The translations under genes and the position numbers were made by a program. A stretch of 54,555 nt of DNA, the filler included, from Sphacelaria rigidula (taxonomy: Eukaryota), in assembly GCA_964200075.2 (NCBI GenBank). It is 5 parts of 5 records of this genome, joined end to end, with 100 filler letters (N's around TTAATTAATTAA, not from the genome) between each part and the next. Parts side by side here need not be neighbours in the genome. Positions count along the whole stretch, not along the records: positions 43,726 to 54,555 come from CAXNAA020005839.1; 4 more parts are not named here. One strand, written 5' to 3'. The notes under the pieces were generated by a model. The model saw only the letters and a list, made by a program, of their open reading frames with translations. It did no database searches and was not told where the DNA came from. Of the stretch, positions 49,786-54,555 are shown one piece after another (position 1 is the stretch's first letter; each line of letters opens with the position of its first letter).

Positions 49786-50757
49786 GTAAGATGGTGCTTT
49801 GCGCGTTGGTGACACACGATTATTTCCACCCCATCCCCTGACGTGTGTGGTGTATTTCGATGGAAGCTAACGTGCCTTGTCTTCACATGAAGGTACGGAA
49901 TGGTATGGGAGGTGCAAGGTGCTAAGCTGTGATATACCTTGGTCACCCGTGTTATTGATACAAATGATACGCGTGCCAAGCTGGAAGGATTGTGTGGAGG
50001 CAGGGGCGGTTCGGTTGTGATGACTTTGCCTCCGGTAGACTACCAAGTAGGTGCGCTCGCCAGGGGTCGGTACGCTATATACGCCGAGCCTCAACGGTTG
50101 CATGCCGGAACGGACGGTTGGGACGTGCTGGTGTTGTCTCGGGTGTAGTTGTATTCGCCAGCGTTTTGTTAATCACGGTGAGCATGTGCCGAACTGAAGT
50201 GGTCGCATGCAGACAATGACGGTTGGGATTTGATGGTTTTGCGGTGGACTAGTGGATACCGAGCTGGAGCGGTAGCGTGTAGGCAGTTTCGATTGGGTGT
50301 TGATGGTTTGTGCTCCTTGGGGCTAGTGGGCGCGTCCACTTGGTGTGGTGCCCACAGTAATTGCGTGCGGGGCTGGAATGGTCACATGCAGGTCGGGGGT
50401 TTTCGGTCGGGATGGTTTTGACACTGTTGTCCCGGCAAATACAGCTTCGAAACGTTCCTTGCATTCATTTGCATTTAGTCGTTTTCGAAGGCATGCGAGC
50501 AACGAAGCCAACGAAGGGGTCAATGTTTCTGTGTTTTTCTGGAACCCCACCGCGAAACTCACCAAGTCTCCTTATGATCCATCTTGTGGCAGCATGACTA
50601 CTTCACCGCTGTATCGCACGTGAAACAGGCGATCTGATGCAAGTGTTGTCCTGGACAATCTTGTGTAGATTCACTTCGTGTGTCTTGCATCTCCTTCGGA
50701 TGTCTCGAAGAAATCTTATCTGGTCGTTTATCACCTCTCTTGACGTGGCCGACATAG

Positions 50758-50889
50758 GTTGGTACCGAAAGAACTAGAGGCCACAGCCACACCCGGCAAG
50801 GGTGCAGAGGTGCGTCTCGTTGACAAGCAGCAGGAGGAGTACGTGGCGCCGGCTTACGTGGCGTACGGTGGAGAGGGACAAACCATGGG
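50758..50889 (+). CDS. NSFL1C: p47/NSFL1C-like, SEP C-terminus and SHP-box exon
   Basis: LVPKELE...VRLVDKQQEEYVAPAYVAYGGEGQTMG; gacatag| acceptor and |gtgagt donor, phase 2-2. Confidence 0.92.
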
Positions 50890-51415
50890 GTGAGTCTTGC
50901 TCCACTCTAGTTTTGTGTACGTTTCAGATTGGGCGATTCGTCCATCACGCTCGATCCTGCTGACAATGGTGTCGGCTCTTACGCCAGAGTTGAGGGTTTC
51001 TTACTTGGCGCTAAGACTTCGTGTGGTGCGTGAAGTCGATATGTGCATCCGGTGCTTCGATTATCGCCCTATATTTTTTGCGAAACACAGACTTGCGACG
51101 AGGCGGGGGAAGTGGTGCTCAATTCTGCCATCAACGAATGCTGTAGATCCCCGAGACATCATGGCCCTTGCACAGCATTTTGTCAACACCTCGTGGTCTT
51201 TGGAACTAGAAAAAACAGAAGCCGCGCACATTCTTCAAACCTCGCGTACTCCATATCTTATCCTCCTCCGCACTTGATCGCATATTGCGCGTGATCACAC
51301 ACCACGACGCTTCCATATATTCTCCCAAGCTGAATTTGGCTATCTCCACACACGCGGCGCTCTCAACCGCCCCCGCTGTGTTCTCTCTACATCGCCTGCT
51401 CTTCCTCTCGTACAG

Positions 51416-51601
51416 ATCATCGGCTGTAGCTGAGAGCGCCGTGACAACCGCAGACAGCGCGCCCACTGCCGCTGAAGCACCCGAAGTAGACACCGCGCAA
51501 CCATCCACAACGCTGCAGATAAGGCTACACGACGGTAGGCGGGTTAGAGCGCAGCTTAACATGCATCACACCGTGCGACACGTCCAGGCGATCATCGCGA
51601 G
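51416..51601 (+). CDS. NSFL1C: p47/NSFL1C-like, UBX-domain N-terminal exon (gene 3'-incomplete)
   Basis: VDTAQPSTTLQIRLHDGRRVRAQLNMHHTVRHVQAII; cgtacag| acceptor and |gtaatt donor, phase 2-2. Confidence 0.93.
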
Positions 51602-51890
51602 GTAATTCACTGTTGCGCCCCTACACGGGGATAGGGCAGGTGACAAGGGAGGGGGATTGAGGGCTTGCTTGGAGGTCGTTTCTTGTGTGCTTTGCCCACA
51701 TAGGTGCGTAGTTTTTGTTTTTCGAATGGTGAGGGCGGATCCGGGTGCGGCATGCAAGCTTCCAGAGTGTCTGGCGTGTTTTCAAGAGCGACGATTTAAT
51801 CTGCTGGTGTGTGTGCAGGGATGTCAACTTCGGCCCATCAAATAGATGCAAGCAATTCAGACCCAGAGCCAACCTTGGAATCTTCTGTGA

Positions 51891-51938
51891 GATGTGGGGC
51901 ATGCTAACGCCCGCCAACGTGAGCTTGAAGTGCGATGC

Positions 51939-51995
<57 letters not shown>

Positions 51996-52170
51996 ACCCC
52001 CCCACCCCACCACCACCGGCGCCTCTCCTGCCCCCCCCCCCACCCCCCCCCCGCACAGGAGGCGGCCCCCCCCCCGGCNNNNNNNNNNGGGATGTGGGGC
52101 ATGCTAACCCCCGCCAACGTGGGCTTGAAGTGCGATGCTTAACCCCCCCCCCCCCCCCCCCACACCCCTC
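51891..52170 (+). mobile_element. Third C-tailed retroelement 3' end, present twice around a small gap
   Basis: gatgtggggcatgctaac.cccgccaacgtg.gcttgaagtgcgatgcttaa plus poly(C) at 51891 and 52091; loosely similar to 10933-10990. Confidence 0.55.
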
Positions 52171-52591
52171 CTAAACTGAACACTCGAGTAGGGAAGCAAA
52201 TATCGCTAACGCAGAGGAACCGGCATTGAAATCACGGCAGCAGGTCCACTCCTCGCAAAAACCCTGCTGCCCGAGAGAACACTTGTGATTTTGAGAGCTT
52301 AGTAAGGGGGTGTGAGCTCGGTCGTGGCTTCTGCATTGGGAGGCGGTTCGATCGATGTACTGCACATCTGTCCCGTTGCAGATTTCTGTGAAGAACATGC
52401 GGATAGGAATTTGAAACATGCCAAATAGGGGTATTGTGGTATCGTCCACTTACCGCTGCTGGCATTTTTCAAGTATGGTCCACGCTCCCCACCCATCCTC
52501 TGAGAGCGTGCTTATTCTAACAAAAAATGCATTGCCGGTAGGTATTGCGGCGTGTCAAACGTCAACCGACGGTACATGAAGTCATCACGTA

Positions 52592-53880
52592 CTGTTATGG
52601 GCGCGCCTGACCCCCCAAAATGAGTCCAAAAAGTGTCACCGACCGAAAGCACGAACAGACTGGAGATGATGTCCATCCTCTATATATGCACGCCGCAAAA
52701 TCCCTCAGAGTACTTGTGATTTGAGTAGGGTTTCCATTGCACGCTTTTGAAGTTTTCTTGTTACCGAGGACGAACCACGGCGTGGCTCGGCTACTCACCG
52801 GCGTGTATTCGTCCTGGCTACAATTTTACCTGTTGGTTTCACCCAAGGCGTTACGGTGATCGAAAAAATAGCTAAAAACCTATGTTTTTTCACTTGATTC
52901 GTCATAAAACTCGCATCCTGACGGAAAAAAAATCAACGGGTATAGTTGTAGCTGTCGTCTTGGCGCAGATGATGCAAAAAGTCGCATCCCAATCGATGGC
53001 CGTGGCGATGAGTATTCTCTGGAACAGATTGGGCTGTGATCGCAAACACGCACCCCCAACCCTCGCCGGTCTCGACAAAACGCGAAAACCTCACCTTTGT
53101 GTAACGGCCTCGGAGTAGATGACACCTATGAATGATAGTGTAGATGGTTGATACATCGGATGTGTGGAATGTTGCAAAATTTGAACCTTCGACCGAGCCC
53201 CCAGAAGGAAGGATTATCTTCGCGACCTCGCAGCAGCGGAGAGAACAAATTATAACACTGGCCCTAACGAAGGCATACCGAGAACCATCGGACAAGGCGG
53301 GTGCACCGTAGTTCGTAGGCGAAGGGTGCGTTGCCAGACCTCGAATCGGCGCCCCACGCGCCGATTTAGACAAGAACGCGTTCAGGGACGCTGGTAGAAT
53401 GCTAGGAGCACAGCCCCCATGAAAGATCAAGATTGACCGACTCACGCTCCCGAATGGGAAAGTATACTGCGCCAAGACGACACAAAGTCGTCGGCCCACT
53501 TTCGCTGAATCCGCATGGCACCGAAGCCCCAATTATGTCTTTCAGTGGACCCACCCATCCTATGACACGCATCTGTTGTATCGGCAATGGTGGGTAAGGT
53601 ACGACCGTTTGTTTTCATTCCCTGTTGCAAAACAACATCTTTGGAGTCCGATAAACCCCTAGACCGCGAGGGCAGTCCATCTTGACCATGCATACTTTTT
53701 TCAAGTAGAAGATGATGCCGATTCAGTATGTGATCAAACCGTCGCGGTCAAAGAGCTAATCAATAATCAATATCACAGCCATTAAATGAAAAGCCATGGC
53801 CACGGAACAACAAACACACTTTGAAACGTCCGGTGACACTCGTTTTGCCCATTTTGGGGGGTCAGGCGCGCCCATAACTG
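52592..53880. mobile_element. Non-autonomous Tc1/pogo-like TIR element, copy 2
   Basis: TIR ctgttatgggcgcgcctgaccccccaaaatg / cattttggggggtcaggcgcgcccataactg; TA on the left flank; CAGT-type terminus. Confidence 0.85.
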
Positions 53881-54555
53881 TGCGATATGAATATGGACGT
53901 TTTGCGAGAACTTTGACCGAAAAAAACACCGTGTGCGAATTCACGCACGTGACTCACGATTCAGTCGAGAACCATTTGTTTTTATGCGGGATGCCGTCTT
54001 GTGCTGTCACGAATGCTCCACCCAAGTTCATGCCCAGGCCATCATCTATGCTGTGATGGTGCAAAACACTACGGTCACCGACACGCGTGAGTAGTGTCGG
54101 CGCACTGCCCTCTTCACATGAACATGGCAGCATCAGCGTATGTGCTCTGTGATACCTGCGTGCAGCGCTGGTGGACGTGAGCAGAATATAGGTGCCCTCG
54201 GTCAGTTTTTCCAAGCTCCACCAACCGGGTTTGGTCACGTCCGATGTCTGTGCACGATGTTGTTATTGTATGGATACAGCCCTATACTAATGATGGGTTT
54301 TCCTCAGTTTCTTTGTACACGACGCCTCACAGCAGCAGCAGGAAGCAAGACCATGGGGTCGCTAGACGGATTTCACCCCCCCTGCGCTATTCCAAACACT
54401 TTCCCCTACCACCATGCCACCCCCCGTCTCGCGGACCTGAAGTGGCATTTGTCGCTACATTTTGTGGACTTTAGGACAAAGCACAAATTAGACGGGAGAC
54501 CAACGAAACCCAAATAGCACGGCAATGACGACGATCCAGAGACGTGGGGGGTGGA

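Noticed and set aside
51894-52174. Poly-Pro and poly-Gly ORFs, and the apparent tandem duplication
   Set aside because: Translations of poly(C) around an N gap; tract length and duplication may be assembly artefacts.
54279-54517. Last UBX exon (ILMMGFPQ...)
   Set aside because: The phase fits, but similarity stops after GFP and the expected C-terminal UBX pattern is absent; the true exon is probably off-contig.

Overview
Eukaryotic, intron- and transposon-rich DNA. Repeat and protein content suggest a brown alga or other stramenopile, which is an inference. The window is not one locus: it is five unrelated contigs (10832, 10831, 10831, 10831 and 10830 bp, evidently size-sorted) joined by artificial 44N-TTAATTAATTAA-44N spacers. 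Three host genes can be supported: a 5'-incomplete Ala/Glu-rich helical orphan gene (5 exons, minus strand, probably one GC-AG intron); a 28-repeat FNIP protein with a hypervariable dipeptide in each repeat; and four internal exons of a p47/NSFL1C-like SEP-SHP-UBX gene. The rest is mostly decayed mobile DNA. The most striking element is an APE-type LINE with a PHD-remnant ORF1 and a 5' array of about 21 x 63-bp monomers, seen on two contigs. Its 3' end is a hairpin followed by a poly(C) run rather than poly(A), and related C-tailed 3' ends occur on all five contigs, several inserted into C/G tracts. Also present: a fragmented RTE LINE, a tRNA-derived SINE, Tc1/pogo-like TIR elements, foldback palindromes and several MITEs. 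No rRNA, intact tRNA or CRISPR array was found.
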